Source: Synechococcus sp. (GTDB taxonomy: Bacteria; Cyanobacteriota; Cyanobacteriia; PCC-6307; Cyanobiaceae). From it: 64,000 nt of DNA. The position numbers and the translations under genes are program-made. Positions 49,849 to 64,000 of this stretch are shown here, piece after piece. The DNA is taken from assembly GCA_047284725.1 (NCBI GenBank), contig JBJBEO010000001.1:1592203-1656202 (forward strand), in the 5' to 3' direction. Below the pieces are notes generated by a model. The model was not told where the DNA came from. It worked only from the letters and a program-made list of their open reading frames with translations, and ran no database searches. Positions within the stretch are counted from its first letter, which is position 1. Each line of letters begins with the position of its first letter.

Positions 49849-51264
49849 TCAGTTCTGGACGTCGAGCTTGTCGACGGTGTCGAACTCGAACTTGATCTCC
49901 TTCCAGGTCTCGAGGGCGATGGCCAGCTCGGGGCTGTGCTTCGCGGCTTCCATGAGGATGTCGCGGCTCTCTTTCTCGAGATGACGACCGGCGTTGCGTG
50001 CCTTGACGCAGGCCTCGAGGGCCACACGGTTGGCAGCTGCACCTGCAGCGGAACCCCAGGGGTGACCGTGGGTACCACCACCGAACTGCAGAACGGAGTC
50101 GTCGCCGAAGATGGTGACGAGGGCGGGCATGTGCCACACGTGGATACCGCCGGACGCAACGGCGAACACGCCAGGCATGGAACCCCAGTCCTGATCGAAG
50201 AAGTTACCGCGGCTGCGATCTTCTGGAACGAAGGATTCGCGCAGTTGGTCGATATAGCCGAGGGTGGTCTGACGATCACCCTCCAGCTTGCCGACCACGG
50301 TGCCGGTGTGGAGCTGGTCACCACCGGACAGACGCAGACACTTGGCGAGAACGCGGAAGTGGATGCCGTGCTTGGGGTGACGGTCGATCACCGCGTGCAT
50401 GGCGCGGTGAATGTGCAGGAGCATGCCGTTCTTGCGGCACCACTTCGACAGACCGGTGTTGGCCGTGAAGCCGCCGGTGATGAAGTCGTGCATGATGATC
50501 GGCATGCCGAGTTCCTTGGCGAACTCAGCGCGCTCGTACATCTCTTCGGGAGTGTTCGCGGTCACGTTGAGGTAGTGACCCTTGCGCTCACCGGTCTCCT
50601 GCTCAGACAGCTTGATGGCTTCCGCAACGAACTCGAAGCGGTTCTGCCAACGCTGGAAGGGCTGGGAGTTGATGTTCTCATCGTCCTTGGTGAAGTCCAG
50701 ACCGCCACGCAGGCACTCATAGACAACACGGCCGTAGTTCTTACCGCTCAGGCCGAGCTTCGGCTTGATGGTGCAACCCAGCAGAGGACGGCCGTACTTG
50801 TTCATCCGGTCGCGCTCGACCTGGATGCCGTTCGGCGGGCCGTAGCAGCTCTTGATGAAGGCCATCGGGAAGCGGATGTCTTCCAGACGGAGGTGGCGCA
50901 GCGCCTTGAAACCGAACACGTTGCCGACCAGGGAGGTCAGAACGTTGGTGATGGAACCCTCTTCGAACAGATCGAGGGGGTAGGCGATGAACGCATAGAA
51001 GGACTCCTTGTCACCAGGGACGTCTTCGATGCGATAACACCGGCCCTTGTAGAAGTCGAGGTCGGTGAGGAGCTCGGACCACACTGTGGACCAGGTGCCG
51101 GTGGAGGATTCAGCAGCCACAGCAGCGGCGACTTCTTCCTTGGGCACACCTTCCTGGCCGGTGCACTTGAAGCAGGCCAGCAGGTCGGTGTCGAGGGGAA
51201 CGTAATCAGGAGTCCAGTAAGTGTCCCTGTACTCCTTGACCCCAGCGTCGTACTTCTTGCTCAT
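49849..51264 (-). CDS. cbbL: Rubisco large subunit (Form IA)
   Basis: [11 protein letters not shown] catalytic motif, ESSTGTW, ASGGIH. Confidence 0.99.
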   Translation of the reverse strand: MSKKYDAGVKEYRDTYWTPDYVPLDTDLLACFKCTGQEGVPKEEVAAAVAAESSTGTWSTVWSELLTDLDFYKGRCYRIEDVPGDKESFYAFIAYPLDLFEEGSITNVLTSLVGNVFGFKALRHLRLEDIRFPMAFIKSCYGPPNGIQVERDRMNKYGRPLLGCTIKPKLGLSGKNYGRVVYECLRGGLDFTKDDENINSQPFQRWQNRFEFVAEAIKLSEQETGERKGHYLNVTANTPEEMYERAEFAKELGMPIIMHDFITGGFTANTGLSKWCRKNGMLLHIHRAMHAVIDRHPKHGIHFRVLAKCLRLSGGDQLHTGTVVGKLEGDRQTTLGYIDQLRESFVPEDRSRGNFFDQDWGSMPGVFAVASGGIHVWHMPALVTIFGDDSVLQFGGGTHGHPWGSAAGAAANRVALEACVKARNAGRHLEKESRDILMEAAKHSPELAIALETWKEIKFEFDTVDKLDVQN

Positions 51265-51332
51265 GGAATAACTCCGTTAGGTCGGTGAAAAAAATGAGAT
51301 GCGCAACCTCGTCAGAGGTTCAGCTGCCGATC

Positions 51333-51644
51333 TCAGTCCTTTTGGCCGAGGAAGTTGCCGTTGCCCAGAGCAGGCTCTACTTCGCGGTGGGGGCGAGCAA
51401 TGATGTGAGCAGCAACGAGACCGTCACCAACGCGCTCGCATGCATCGGCACCGGCACGCACAGCGGCGTTGACAGCACCGGTTTCGCCGCGCACCAGAAC
51501 AGTGACGTAGCCGCCACCGACGAACTCACGACCGATCAGGCGCACTTCGGCAGCCTTGGTCATGGCGTCAGCTGCTTCGATCGCGGGGACCAGGCCGCGG
51601 GTCTCGATCATGCCGAGAGCGATGCCCATGGTTTCGTTAGCCAT
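51333..51644 (-). CDS. csoS1: Major carboxysome shell hexamer
   Basis: GIALGMIETRGLVPAIEAADAMTKAA BMC domain; first gene of the cso operon. Confidence 0.96.
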   Translation of the reverse strand: MANETMGIALGMIETRGLVPAIEAADAMTKAAEVRLIGREFVGGGYVTVLVRGETGAVNAAVRAGADACERVGDGLVAAHIIARPHREVEPALGNGNFLGQKD

Positions 51645-51753
51645 TGCCTACCGGGGAAGGGGATGGAATGTTCGCCGGTGAGACTGCTACCCGGAGGTGG
51701 CTCCCGTCAAGGGATTTGAGACACCTGCCGCATCACTGTCCATAGTGAACCTG

Positions 51754-51768
51754 ATAAGCGCAGCTAAT
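51754..51768. promoter_or_regulatory. Candidate LysR (CbbR/CmpR-type) box upstream of csoS1
   Basis: ATAAGCGCAGCTAAT = T-N11-A with ATAAG/CTAAT dyad, about 110 bp upstream of csoS1. Confidence 0.45.
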
Positions 51769-51997
51769 ACCCCTGTCGCTGACTGTTTGCAAGGGCTGTT
51801 CGAAATTGCGTGAGGGCGCCAAGACAAACGCTTGCAAACCCGAGTCAGCTGCATAAGTTCATCTACGGAGCCAGGGCCCTGCTTCGGCAGGGGTGGAATG
51901 TTCAACCGCGTCTGACTCCGCTCACCGGCAATAGATCGTCCAGATTCGTTCTTCTTTTACCCCTAGACCACACAATGGAAGCCGCGATCCAAGCGGT

Positions 51998-52582
51998 GTG
52001 AGCCAGCCTGTTCTGACCATTGCCAGCGGCAATCCTCACAAAGTGGAGGAGATCAGTCGCATGCTTGGTCCTCTGCCGGTCGTCGTGAGGCGTCAGCCCG
52101 ATGATCTTGACGTCGAGGAGACAGGTTCGACTTATCTCGAGAATGCCCGCCTTAAGGCTGAGGCCGCGGCCCTGAGAACAGGCACCTGGGCCCTCGGCGA
52201 CGATTCAGGTCTTGAGGTTGATGCTCTCGACAGGGCCCCTGGCCTTTACACCGCACGGTTCGAAGCCAGCGACGCCGCCAAGGTCCAGAGGTTGCTGGAA
52301 GCGCTGGGCGATGCCCCCTACCGCACAGCATGTTTCCGCAGTGCCATGGTGCTGTGCTCTCCCGATGGGCACTGTCTTGAGGAGGCCGAAGGAATCTGCT
52401 GGGGAGAGTTACTCAAGGAACCTGCCTACGCCGATGCAGGCATCGAATCGTTGTTCTGGGTCCGTGAGGCCCGCTGCAGTTATGGGGAACTGAATGAGTC
52501 CCAGCTCTCCAGGCTTGGCAGCCGCGGCAAGGCGGCGAGGGATCTCGGGCCAAGGCTGCGGAGACGTCTCGGGATCAGCTGA
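51998..52582 (+). CDS. Ham1/RdgB family non-canonical NTP pyrophosphatase
   Basis: ASGNPHK, EETG.TY.ENA..KA, DDSGLEVDAL..APGLY. Confidence 0.88.
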   Translation: MSQPVLTIASGNPHKVEEISRMLGPLPVVVRRQPDDLDVEETGSTYLENARLKAEAAALRTGTWALGDDSGLEVDALDRAPGLYTARFEASDAAKVQRLLEALGDAPYRTACFRSAMVLCSPDGHCLEEAEGICWGELLKEPAYADAGIESLFWVREARCSYGELNESQLSRLGSRGKAARDLGPRLRRRLGIS

Positions 52583-52590
52583 ACGCGGAT

Positions 52591-53376
52591 TCAGCGCAAC
52601 GCAGACCGACGGTTCACCATCTCAATGGCCCGCATGGCAGCAGCTGCAGCCTCCTCCACATCACCCTCACGGCCTGCCAGGGTGAGTCGACCAAAGGCTC
52701 CAACCGCCTTCACATCAACCAGGGTGATGTTGGAGGCCTTCTCCGCCTCGTTAGCAGCGATCAGCACATAACCGGCCGGTTCAGTTTCAAGAATGAACAT
52801 GCTCATGCCCGCCTCGATCATCGAGCCGCGGCGGTTCTGCCGATTGATCAGAACCGCGTGGTCGGGCGTGATCGCGCGGATAACCTCGGTCCAGCTGACA
52901 TCCGCAGGCGTCCGTTGTTCAATGGAACTGCCGATCGCTTCAAGAACGACATCACCGGAGTGAATCACCGTACTCTGATCCCGGTGATAAAGAGCCATCG
53001 ATCCGAAGGCACGCTCAACCACCATCTGGCCAAGGCGCACATTGCTGGCTTTCAGGGCGATATCGGTGACCCTGTGCACGGCCATTCCAGGGGACACCTC
53101 CATCCAGAGACAGGCATCCCCTGGAATCGGCAGGAATCCCTGGCTCACTGTGCCCATGTAGGCCGCCAGCTGAGGCTGCAGAGAGTCGATGAACACATAG
53201 GTGCGCAGCTCGATCGACTGCACGTGGCTGTTCTGTCGCAGCAGCCGCGGTGATTCGGAATCAGTCGTGACCACACAGCTGGCTCCACCAGCAGGGTCAT
53301 GCACCTCTGTACCGGTGACGATCGCGCTTCCGCTCCGCCGCCGCTCCCGGTTGTCGAAGCCGGCGAAACGATTCAT
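52591..53376 (-). CDS. csoS1D: Tandem-BMC (BMC-T) shell protein
   Basis: [46 protein letters not shown]. Confidence 0.92.
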   Translation of the reverse strand: MNRFAGFDNRERRRSGSAIVTGTEVHDPAGGASCVVTTDSESPRLLRQNSHVQSIELRTYVFIDSLQPQLAAYMGTVSQGFLPIPGDACLWMEVSPGMAVHRVTDIALKASNVRLGQMVVERAFGSMALYHRDQSTVIHSGDVVLEAIGSSIEQRTPADVSWTEVIRAITPDHAVLINRQNRRGSMIEAGMSMFILETEPAGYVLIAANEAEKASNITLVDVKAVGAFGRLTLAGREGDVEEAAAAAMRAIEMVNRRSALR

Positions 53377-53472
53377 GCGGCGGATCTTACCGGAACGACA
53401 TCAACAAAAAGCAGCCGTCAACTTGATTTTTGGCACAAAGCCGATACCTTCCGCCCATCCGCATCCGCTCTG

Positions 53473-53883
53473 ATGGCGTCATCCAGCAAGGGTTCTTCAG
53501 CCCAATCGACTGAACTGGCCACGGAACTGAATGCCGAGCAGGCCCTCGGACTGGTGAGTTATGGCCTGATGCAACGCCTGGCCAATGAAGGGCAGGTTGA
53601 ACTCCCCTGGCTGGGGGCCCCTGGACGGGAAGCCACCGAATCCATGCGTCAGCTGAAACAGCGTCTTGAGCTCACCGCTCTGGCGATCGAGACCGGCGCT
53701 CCGCTGAGCACACAGGAGGTGAGCCTTCTGCTTGGGGCGAAGCCCGGAGCGGAGAGCGTGGAACGTGGAGGGCTCAGGGCGCGGCGGATCAGCCGCAACG
53801 TTTGGAGACTGAGCCGCCTTGAAGGCAGTGACCATGAAGGAGGCAGCGGCTTCCGCGACGATCGCTTCCGCCGCAGGCTCTGA
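53473..53883 (+). CDS. Hypothetical protein upstream of chlN
   Basis: ATG 53473; protein-like LGLVSYGLMQRL and PLSTQEVSLLLG segments. Confidence 0.7.
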   Translation: MASSSKGSSAQSTELATELNAEQALGLVSYGLMQRLANEGQVELPWLGAPGREATESMRQLKQRLELTALAIETGAPLSTQEVSLLLGAKPGAESVERGGLRARRISRNVWRLSRLEGSDHEGGSGFRDDRFRRRL

Positions 53884-53958
53884 CTGGCGATGGACTGAGG
53901 CCTGGAAGTCGGCACTGATCCCGAAGAGTTCTGAGGAACTTCGGCCTGTGACGGATGA

Positions 53959-55272
<1,314 letters not shown>

Positions 55273-55276
55273 ACCG

Positions 55277-56857
55277 ATGCAACTCACGCTCTGGACCTAT
55301 GAGGGCCCACCCCACGTGGGCGCCATGCGCATCGCAGCCTCCATGCAGGGAGTGCACTATGTGCTGCACGCACCGCAGGGGGACACCTACGCCGACCTGC
55401 TGTTCACGATGATTGAACGCCGCGGTCAACGACCGCCGGTGACCTACACGACGTTTCAGGCAAGAGACCTGGGGGGAGATACGGCAGAGCTGGTGAAACG
55501 GCACGTCAAAGAGGCCGTGGATCGCTTCCGGCCCGACGCGCTGCTGGTGGGCGAGAGCTGCACGGCGGAACTGATCCAGGATCAGCCCGGAGCCCTCGCC
55601 GAGGGCATGAACCTCACGATGCCGGTCGTGAACCTCGAGCTGCCCGCCTACAGCAAGAAAGAGAACTGGGGAGCGTCGGAAACCCTCTACCAACTGGTAC
55701 GCACCCTGCTGAAACCAGTGGTGCCGGAGCGGCCTGACCATGACGCCACAGCCTGGAAACGGGAGAGACGGAGGCCACGGGTCAGCCTGATCGGCCCCTC
55801 TCTGCTTGGGTTCCGCTGCAGAGATGACGTGATGGAAGTTCAGCGACTGTTGACGACTCACGGCATTGATGTGGCCGTGGTAGCACCGCTGGGGGCAGGG
55901 GTTGCCGACATCAGACGACTTCCGACTGCCGATCTGAACGTCTGCCTCTATCCAGAGATCGCCGAAGCGACCTGCAGCTGGATGGAGAGACATTTCGGGA
56001 TTCCCTTCAGTCGAACGGTGCCGATCGGTGTCGGAGCGACGCACGATTTCCTGGTGGAAGTGCATCAGCACCTCGGGCTTGAGCCGCCTGCAGCGGATGA
56101 GGGCTACCTGCGATCGAGACTGCCGTGGTACTCCGAGTCAGTAGATTCCAATTACCTGACCGGCAAACGGGTCTTCATCTTCGGAGACGGAACCCATGCC
56201 CTTGCGGCGGCCCGGATCTGCGATCAGGAGCTGGGATTCAAGGTGGTGGGGCTCGGCACCTACAGCCGGGAGATGGCAAGGCCGGTGCGGGCCGCTGCGA
56301 GGGAACTCGGACTGGAGGCCCTGATCACCGATGACTACCTCGCCGTGGAAGCCGCAATGGCGGAGGCCGCACCGGAACTCGTGCTCGGGACCCAGATGGA
56401 GCGACACAGCGCCAAGCGACTGGGAGTCCCCTGCGCTGTGATCAGCACGCCGATGCACGTGCAGGATGTGCCGGCTAGGACCAGTCCGCAGATGGGCTGG
56501 GAGGGGGCGAATGTGATTTTTGACGACTGGGTCCACCCTCTGATGATGGGATTGGAGGAGCACCTGATCGGCATGTTCCGCCACGACTTCGAATTCGTGG
56601 ATGGTCATCAGAGCCACCTGGGTCACCCTGGCGGAGCAGGCGCCTCGACTGACGTCACCACGCCGACAAGGGAGCCGGCGAGCAACGGCGAGGGCCAGCT
56701 GATCTGGACTGCCGATGGAGAATCCGAACTGCGGAAGATCCCTTTCTTTGTGCGCGGAAAAGTTCGGCGCAACACGGAAGCCTATGCACGCCAGGCGGGA
56801 TGCAACACCATCAGCAGTGAGACGCTTTATGACGCAAAAGCACACTTCAAGGCCTGA
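55277..56857 (+). CDS. chlB: Dark-operative protochlorophyllide reductase subunit B
   Basis: [27 protein letters not shown]-terminal [10 protein letters not shown]. Confidence 0.96.
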   Translation: MQLTLWTYEGPPHVGAMRIAASMQGVHYVLHAPQGDTYADLLFTMIERRGQRPPVTYTTFQARDLGGDTAELVKRHVKEAVDRFRPDALLVGESCTAELIQDQPGALAEGMNLTMPVVNLELPAYSKKENWGASETLYQLVRTLLKPVVPERPDHDATAWKRERRRPRVSLIGPSLLGFRCRDDVMEVQRLLTTHGIDVAVVAPLGAGVADIRRLPTADLNVCLYPEIAEATCSWMERHFGIPFSRTVPIGVGATHDFLVEVHQHLGLEPPAADEGYLRSRLPWYSESVDSNYLTGKRVFIFGDGTHALAAARICDQELGFKVVGLGTYSREMARPVRAAARELGLEALITDDYLAVEAAMAEAAPELVLGTQMERHSAKRLGVPCAVISTPMHVQDVPARTSPQMGWEGANVIFDDWVHPLMMGLEEHLIGMFRHDFEFVDGHQSHLGHPGGAGASTDVTTPTREPASNGEGQLIWTADGESELRKIPFFVRGKVRRNTEAYARQAGCNTISSETLYDAKAHFKA

Positions 56858-59354
<2,497 letters not shown>

Positions 59355-59427
59355 CGAAACGCCTGAGAAGACCTACCGCTTTTAACGTGCCCCCCGACAG
59401 CTGCCAAGGGGCGAGCGATTGCTGAAC

Positions 59428-59532
59428 TCAGGCGCGATACAGGCTGACACAGAGACGGACTGCCAGGATGCCTGCGTGGGCAGCCACCACGAGGGCGATG
59501 AAGATCTCGGACTGAGTGAGAGCGGTGGCCAT
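59428..59532 (-). CDS. psaM: Photosystem I subunit XII
   Basis: Hand translation MATALTQSEIFIALVVAAHAGILAVRLCVSLYRA* (34 aa), missed by the ORF track. Confidence 0.93.
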   Translation of the reverse strand: MATALTQSEIFIALVVAAHAGILAVRLCVSLYRA

Positions 59533-59612
59533 GGGAATCCCTGGAAACGTTTCCATTGTTTCGTCTGGAAGCGACCAGACGCCATCATTCGCAAAGGCCT
59601 GTCACACCCCCT

Positions 59613-60107
59613 ATGACTTCCGGACGTCCGGATTCCATCGTCAACATCGATGCCACGATGATCCGTGAGCTCGACCTCAGCCCACTGAAGGCCTGGATGC
59701 AGCAGCCCTTGGAGGATCAACTGCGCCAGGGGGCCGTCCTGGAGGTTCGCTACGACTGGCCCAGAGCTGCAGAGGATCCAAGGGAGCTGAGTGAATGTGC
59801 GGAGCCACGACTCTGGGCCCTGCGCGCCGATGCCCATTACCCCTGGCTGCCACTGCTCCTGGAACGATCTGGTGGATCACTGGCCCAACACGTCGCTCTC
59901 CTGGTTCCCCATGACTTCAGCCCCAGTGAAGGAATTCGCTTCGACCCGCAGGCTCTGGAGCTCTGGATTACCCAGCGCCTGATGCTGCTCGACCACCTCG
60001 GACACGCCCAGGCCCAGTCACAGCGGGGCAATCTGGATCAGATGGCCGCCAGCCTCGGATTTGAGCTCGATCAGCGCTTCTGGATGCTGCTTGATCTACA
60101 TCGCTAG
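59613..60107 (+). CDS. crr6: CRR6-family NDH-1 maturation factor
   Basis: DPRELSE..E.RLW..R.DA.YPWLP.LL...G.L....ALLVPH.F...EGI.F.PQALE. Confidence 0.85.
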   Translation: MTSGRPDSIVNIDATMIRELDLSPLKAWMQQPLEDQLRQGAVLEVRYDWPRAAEDPRELSECAEPRLWALRADAHYPWLPLLLERSGGSLAQHVALLVPHDFSPSEGIRFDPQALELWITQRLMLLDHLGHAQAQSQRGNLDQMAASLGFELDQRFWMLLDLHR

Positions 60108-60132
60108 GACAGCGCACGTCAACAGGTCCTGA

Positions 60133-60897
60133 TCAGGAGAACGCCAACTGCAAGGCTCGTCGTCCTGAATCGGCCGCCAGCAGCAGGGCCAGGGCCCGCA
60201 GCGACCACGCTAGGGCAACCGCAGGCACCTGATCAAGCCGAGAAGCGGTCCACTGGGATGCCACCGCCGCGGTCAACCCCAGCACCAGGCCGATGGAGGC
60301 CTCCCCACGGCCCTCATGGAGGAACTGCACCGATGCCGCAACCGCAGAACAGGCCACCGCCAAGGTGCTGAGACGGATCGCCAGCCGAATCGGCACCGCC
60401 ATCCCCCGCACCATCAACGGCACCATCACCAGACCTCCTCCGAGGCCAAGCATGCCTGCAGCCAGACCCGCCACTCCACCCACAGCAGCGAGACCCATCA
60501 GTGGCAGCCTGAGGGAATCCTCGGTCGCAGCCTCACCCTGCTCGGCTCGGATCGTGAAGGTGAGTACCAGGTACATCAAGCTCTGCATCAACAGCAGATG
60601 CCAATCAGCCGCCAGCCGACCCAACTGACTCAAGAGCAGCGCCGTCGCAAAGGAAGCCATGGCCAGAATCAACCCCTCGCGCCAGGGAATCGCCCGATGG
60701 CGTAGGTGAGTGAAGGTGCCTCCAAAGGCGGTGGGCACGATGGCGAAGGTGCTTGTGGCCAGGGCCTGGTGGGGGGGCAGGCCCATCCACAGCAGCAAAG
60801 GCGCGAAAATCAAGCCGCCACCAATCCCCAGAAGTCCGGCCAAGGCTCCAGCCAGCAGCCCCAGTGGCAGAGCCACCAACAGATCACTGAGCTCCAT
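60133..60897 (-). CDS. Sulfite exporter TauE/SafE family protein
   Basis: Duplicated GLLGIGGG / GMLGLGGG repeats; start 60897 or 60906. Confidence 0.85.
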   Translation of the reverse strand: MELSDLLVALPLGLLAGALAGLLGIGGGLIFAPLLLWMGLPPHQALATSTFAIVPTAFGGTFTHLRHRAIPWREGLILAMASFATALLLSQLGRLAADWHLLLMQSLMYLVLTFTIRAEQGEAATEDSLRLPLMGLAAVGGVAGLAAGMLGLGGGLVMVPLMVRGMAVPIRLAIRLSTLAVACSAVAASVQFLHEGRGEASIGLVLGLTAAVASQWTASRLDQVPAVALAWSLRALALLLAADSGRRALQLAFS

Positions 60898-60904
60898 TTC
60901 AGCC

Positions 60905-61714
60905 ATGGCAACCACAGCATCCTGCCTGGAGACCATCAGCACCAAGGGCCTGCTGCTGGCCATGATCGAGCTGGATGGAGCTGAACAGATGGCTCTGGAT
61001 GCCTGGCTCCTGGACCAGTGTCTCCAGGGGCGATGGAACGAACCGGTACTGCGTTTTTACACCTGGCCAGGGCACTGGTTGTCGTTGGGGCATCACCAAC
61101 AACAGCCACCCAAGCACTGGGACCGTGCCATCGCGACAGGATCCGTTCAGCGGGTTCGCCGCCCCAGTGGTGGCGGAGCGGTGCTCCATGGTGGCGGCCT
61201 CACCTATGCGCTGATCTGGCCGTCACCGCCGCGCGTCAGGCGTGAGGCCTATATCCGCACCAGCCAATGGATCATCAGCGGCTTCGCCAAGCTCGGGCTG
61301 GACCTTCATCCAGGCCAGGCACCAGCCGAGGCGGGAACGATGCACTGCTTCGGCAGTTCCACAGCTGCTGATCTCCTGGACCACAAGGGTCACAAGCGGA
61401 TCGGCAGTGCCCAGTTCTGGCGAAGGGGCCACCTGCTGCAACACGGCGAAATTCTGCTTGATCCAGACCCTCTGCTGTGGTCAGAGCTGTTTCAGAGCAG
61501 CCCTCCACCGCCTCTCAGCCACCTCACAGCTGAAAGCGTTTGCAAAGCACTGACAGAGGCTCTACCGACTCTCTGGCCTGACCTGCAGTGGGAGGAAGGT
61601 GAACTCACACCTCTGCAGTGGCAGGAGGTGAAGCGACTGAGCGCCGACTACCGGGTCTCCTCTGATGCTTCATCCTCAAGCAGTCCGGATGCCTGCATCG
61701 ACGCCACAGCCTGA
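60905..61714 (+). CDS. Lipoate-protein ligase A family protein
   Basis: QMALD, LRFYTW, VRRPSGGGAVLH, K..GSAQ, LLQHG; start 60905 or 60962. Confidence 0.85.
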   Translation: MATTASCLETISTKGLLLAMIELDGAEQMALDAWLLDQCLQGRWNEPVLRFYTWPGHWLSLGHHQQQPPKHWDRAIATGSVQRVRRPSGGGAVLHGGGLTYALIWPSPPRVRREAYIRTSQWIISGFAKLGLDLHPGQAPAEAGTMHCFGSSTAADLLDHKGHKRIGSAQFWRRGHLLQHGEILLDPDPLLWSELFQSSPPPPLSHLTAESVCKALTEALPTLWPDLQWEEGELTPLQWQEVKRLSADYRVSSDASSSSSPDACIDATA

Positions 61715-62931
61715 ACCAGTGGGAGTCCGAAGGGATAGCCGTTCTGGCGACGGGCAGCTTCAAGCAACTGGGGAGGCAGCCGGAGGTTGAGGGCCTTGAG
61801 CACTGCCTCACCCACATCACCACGCTCAAGGGTTCCTGACGGCAAACCCGCTCTGTTCATCACCAGAAGGCGTCCCTGAGCACTGGACTCAAGCGCTGGG
61901 ACCGCCTTCCAGAGAGGTTCGGTTTCACTGATGGAGGGGAGCGTGTCAAGCGGCTGTAAGTGATCGGCCAACGTCTGGCGATCCCACTGCTGCACGGGGA
62001 GGTCCCTGAGCGGAGCGTCGCTGACCGTGCCCAGCCAGCGCCCACCACGCGTGACCAACACCCAATCGGCAGGGCGAGCATCGGACGGGACAGCATCAGA
62101 CTCCACCGCGCCAAGCTTCAGCTGGCTGAGACGTCGCAAAGTCTGGTCGGCCTCAAGCACCCGGAAGCGGCGAGCAGACGCTGAATGAACAGTGAGCTGG
62201 CGCAACACCTTCTGGAGCATCAGCACCTGGGTCTGACTGCGGGATGCCCCCAGACCGAACCACCCCAGCATCACCAGCCAGAGGGCACTCAGGCCGCCCC
62301 CCTTCGCCAGGAATAACCAGACCCCAAAGAAAATCGCCGTCATTGAAAGCAGCCGCCCACTGGCCGTCGCCACCTGAATGCCCTTTCTCTGACTTCCTGT
62401 GAATTGCCAGACCAAGGCCTTGAGAATCAAGCCCCCATCGAGGGGAAGCCCAGGAAGGAGGTTGAACAGGGCCAGCACCAGATTCACCCCTGCCAGCTGG
62501 GCCACGAGATTGCCCAGCAGCGCGTCCCAATGGGCCGCTGGATGCGCGGACGAGAACAACACAACCGCCAGCACCAAGCTCACCAGAGGCCCGGCAGCCG
62601 CCACACGAAAAGCACCCATCGCCGTTGAGCACTCACGCTCCACACTGGCCACACCCCCAAGCAGAAACAGGGTGATACTGCGCACCTTCACGCCCTCCCG
62701 CAGTGCCACCAGGGAGTGCCCGAGTTCGTGCAGCAGCACAGACACAAACAACAGCAGGGCTGTGACCAGAGCGATCAGCCAACTGAACCCGGGCGGGAGA
62801 AACTGAGCGGCGGGAAGAGCACTGAGTTGCTCACGGAAGGCCAGTGTTGCCAAAGCGAGGATGAGGAACCAGCTGGGATGCACCCGCAAGGGAATTCCCC
62901 GGATGCTCATCAGCTGCCAGCCTTCACCCAC
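61648..62931 (-). CDS. Site-2 protease (M50) with C-terminal CBS-like region
   Basis: HELGH, AGP, FNLLPGLPLDGG. Confidence 0.9.
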   Translation of the reverse strand: MGEGWQLMSIRGIPLRVHPSWFLILALATLAFREQLSALPAAQFLPPGFSWLIALVTALLLFVSVLLHELGHSLVALREGVKVRSITLFLLGGVASVERECSTAMGAFRVAAAGPLVSLVLAVVLFSSAHPAAHWDALLGNLVAQLAGVNLVLALFNLLPGLPLDGGLILKALVWQFTGSQRKGIQVATASGRLLSMTAIFFGVWLFLAKGGGLSALWLVMLGWFGLGASRSQTQVLMLQKVLRQLTVHSASARRFRVLEADQTLRRLSQLKLGAVESDAVPSDARPADWVLVTRGGRWLGTVSDAPLRDLPVQQWDRQTLADHLQPLDTLPSISETEPLWKAVPALESSAQGRLLVMNRAGLPSGTLERGDVGEAVLKALNLRLPPQLLEAARRQNGYPFGLPLVQAVASMQASGLLEDEASEETR

Positions 62932-63016
62932 GCGCGTGCTCCTTCGGATCGGGCCCTGCGGGCCTATCTGATCACAATCCTAGAAACTGTTCCTGAGATG
63001 CCATTCATCACGCGTC

Positions 63017-63691
63017 ATGAATCAACCTGCCGTGGCGGTGAAAGTTTGCGGCCTCACCGACATCGACCAGGCCAATGCTGTCGCGGCATTGGGAGCCAGC
63101 GCCATCGGTGTGATCGGCGTTGAGGCGTCGCCACGGTGGGTGCCTGAGCCAGAACGCAGAGCGTTGTTCAGGAGTCTGCAACGGCATCACCCAAGTGTTG
63201 AACGGGTTTGGGTGGTGGCTGATCTTGATGACGACAGGCTCCATGCCGCTCTCCAAGGAGAAGGTGCACCATCGGTGGTGCAGCTTCATGGCGACGAATC
63301 GGCAGAGCGATGCAAGGATCTGCGCCGTCGTCATACCCAGACAAAGTGGTGGAAGGCTCTGCGTCTGCACGACCCCGCACAGCTCCTCAAGCTGAACGAC
63401 TATGCCGGTTGCGTTGATGCCTTTCTCCTTGATGCCTGGAGCCCCGATCAACTTGGCGGCACCGGACATCGGCTTGACCTGGAATGGCTGAAAACAATCG
63501 ATCAGCACTGCCCGGCAACGTGCCCTTGGTGGCTGGCAGGAGGGATCAGTGCTGAGTGGGTCCCCGAACTTCTCGCTCAGGTGCATCCTTGCGGACTTGA
63601 TGCCTCCAGCCGTTTGGAGAGTTCACCTGGTGTGAAGGAGCTCAGAAAAGTGAAGGCCCTGATCGACGCGACCAACAAGCTTTCGACCTGA
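63017..63691 (+). CDS. trpF: Phosphoribosylanthranilate isomerase
   Basis: VKVCGLT, SPR, VQLHGDE, GGTG, LAGG, DASS..ESSPG.K. Confidence 0.93.
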   Translation: MNQPAVAVKVCGLTDIDQANAVAALGASAIGVIGVEASPRWVPEPERRALFRSLQRHHPSVERVWVVADLDDDRLHAALQGEGAPSVVQLHGDESAERCKDLRRRHTQTKWWKALRLHDPAQLLKLNDYAGCVDAFLLDAWSPDQLGGTGHRLDLEWLKTIDQHCPATCPWWLAGGISAEWVPELLAQVHPCGLDASSRLESSPGVKELRKVKALIDATNKLST

Positions 63692-63914
63692 CGTCCACAA
63701 GTCACAAACCATTCCACTGATCACGCCCGAGACGCTCTCCCCGAGTAATGAAAACGGTCTGGAGACGGTTCGCTGTGGAGCGTCGGCGGCTGCGCTGCGG
63801 ACAACCTGCCTCACGGCAGTCGGTCAAGCAATCGATGGATGTCCAAGACCCGGAGAGTGGGCTGTCAGCACAGCAGCACTTCCCGGGCCAGACACGCTTC
63901 GATCGTTCAGACAA

Positions 63915-64000
63915 TCAAGTGCTCAGCAGGGCTTCCTGCTGACGCACCAGCTCAAAGAATTCCTGCTTCAGACTTGGATCGTGACGAAAATCACCACGTA
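63915..64000 (-). CDS. folE: GTP cyclohydrolase I, 3' end only (runs off the window)
   Basis: Hand translation ...RGDFRHDPSLKQEFFELVRQQEALLST* resembles the FolE C-terminus; only 27 sense codons visible. Confidence 0.6.
   Translation of the reverse strand, partial: RGDFRHDPSLKQEFFELVRQQEALLST

Noticed and set aside
49936..51288. Long antisense ORFs (here opposite cbbL; also opposite hemE, chlN, cupB and others)
   Set aside because: Shadow frames expected from GC-rich codon bias; no recognisable motifs.
63692..63914. Small ORFs between trpF and folE
   Set aside because: Competing ORFs on both strands with no motifs; none can be supported.

Overview
High-GC core-genome segment of an alpha-cyanobacterium, most consistent with a marine or euryhaline Synechococcus (Form IA Rubisco, cso operon, intronless tRNA-Leu(UAA)). 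In order it holds: glgB-hemE-epimerase-petE-petJ; an islet of about 3 kb of small unknown ORFs; clpB, queD, hisIE and a group-2 sigma factor; a Nif11-cupin gene and a second cytochrome c6-like gene; cyAbrB, trpA, ndhL, tRNA-Leu, pyrC, a BicA-type SulP, a CaCA antiporter, gor, dnaA, an HtrA protease, a glycosyltransferase pair, hisG, gloB and a FutC-like ATPase. Next comes a complete alpha-carboxysome/CO2-uptake superlocus (csoS1-cbbL-cbbS-csoS2-csoSCA-csoS4A/B-csoS1E-ndhF4-ndhD4-cupB-acRAF, plus ham1 and csoS1D), then chlNBL, por, psaM, crr6, trpF and the 3' end of folE. The clearest thing the ORF track misses is a heavily degraded cbbX (Rubisco activase-type AAA+) pseudogene at the end of the carboxysome locus. 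Other leads are two Nif11-domain genes each next to a cytochrome c6 gene with no RiPP-modifying enzyme, a CsoS2-type Rubisco-binding peptide at the CsoSCA N-terminus, a phage-like double zinc-module protein, and several ORFs under 60 aa. No mobile element, CRISPR array or rRNA was seen. All family calls are from motif recognition, not database searches.
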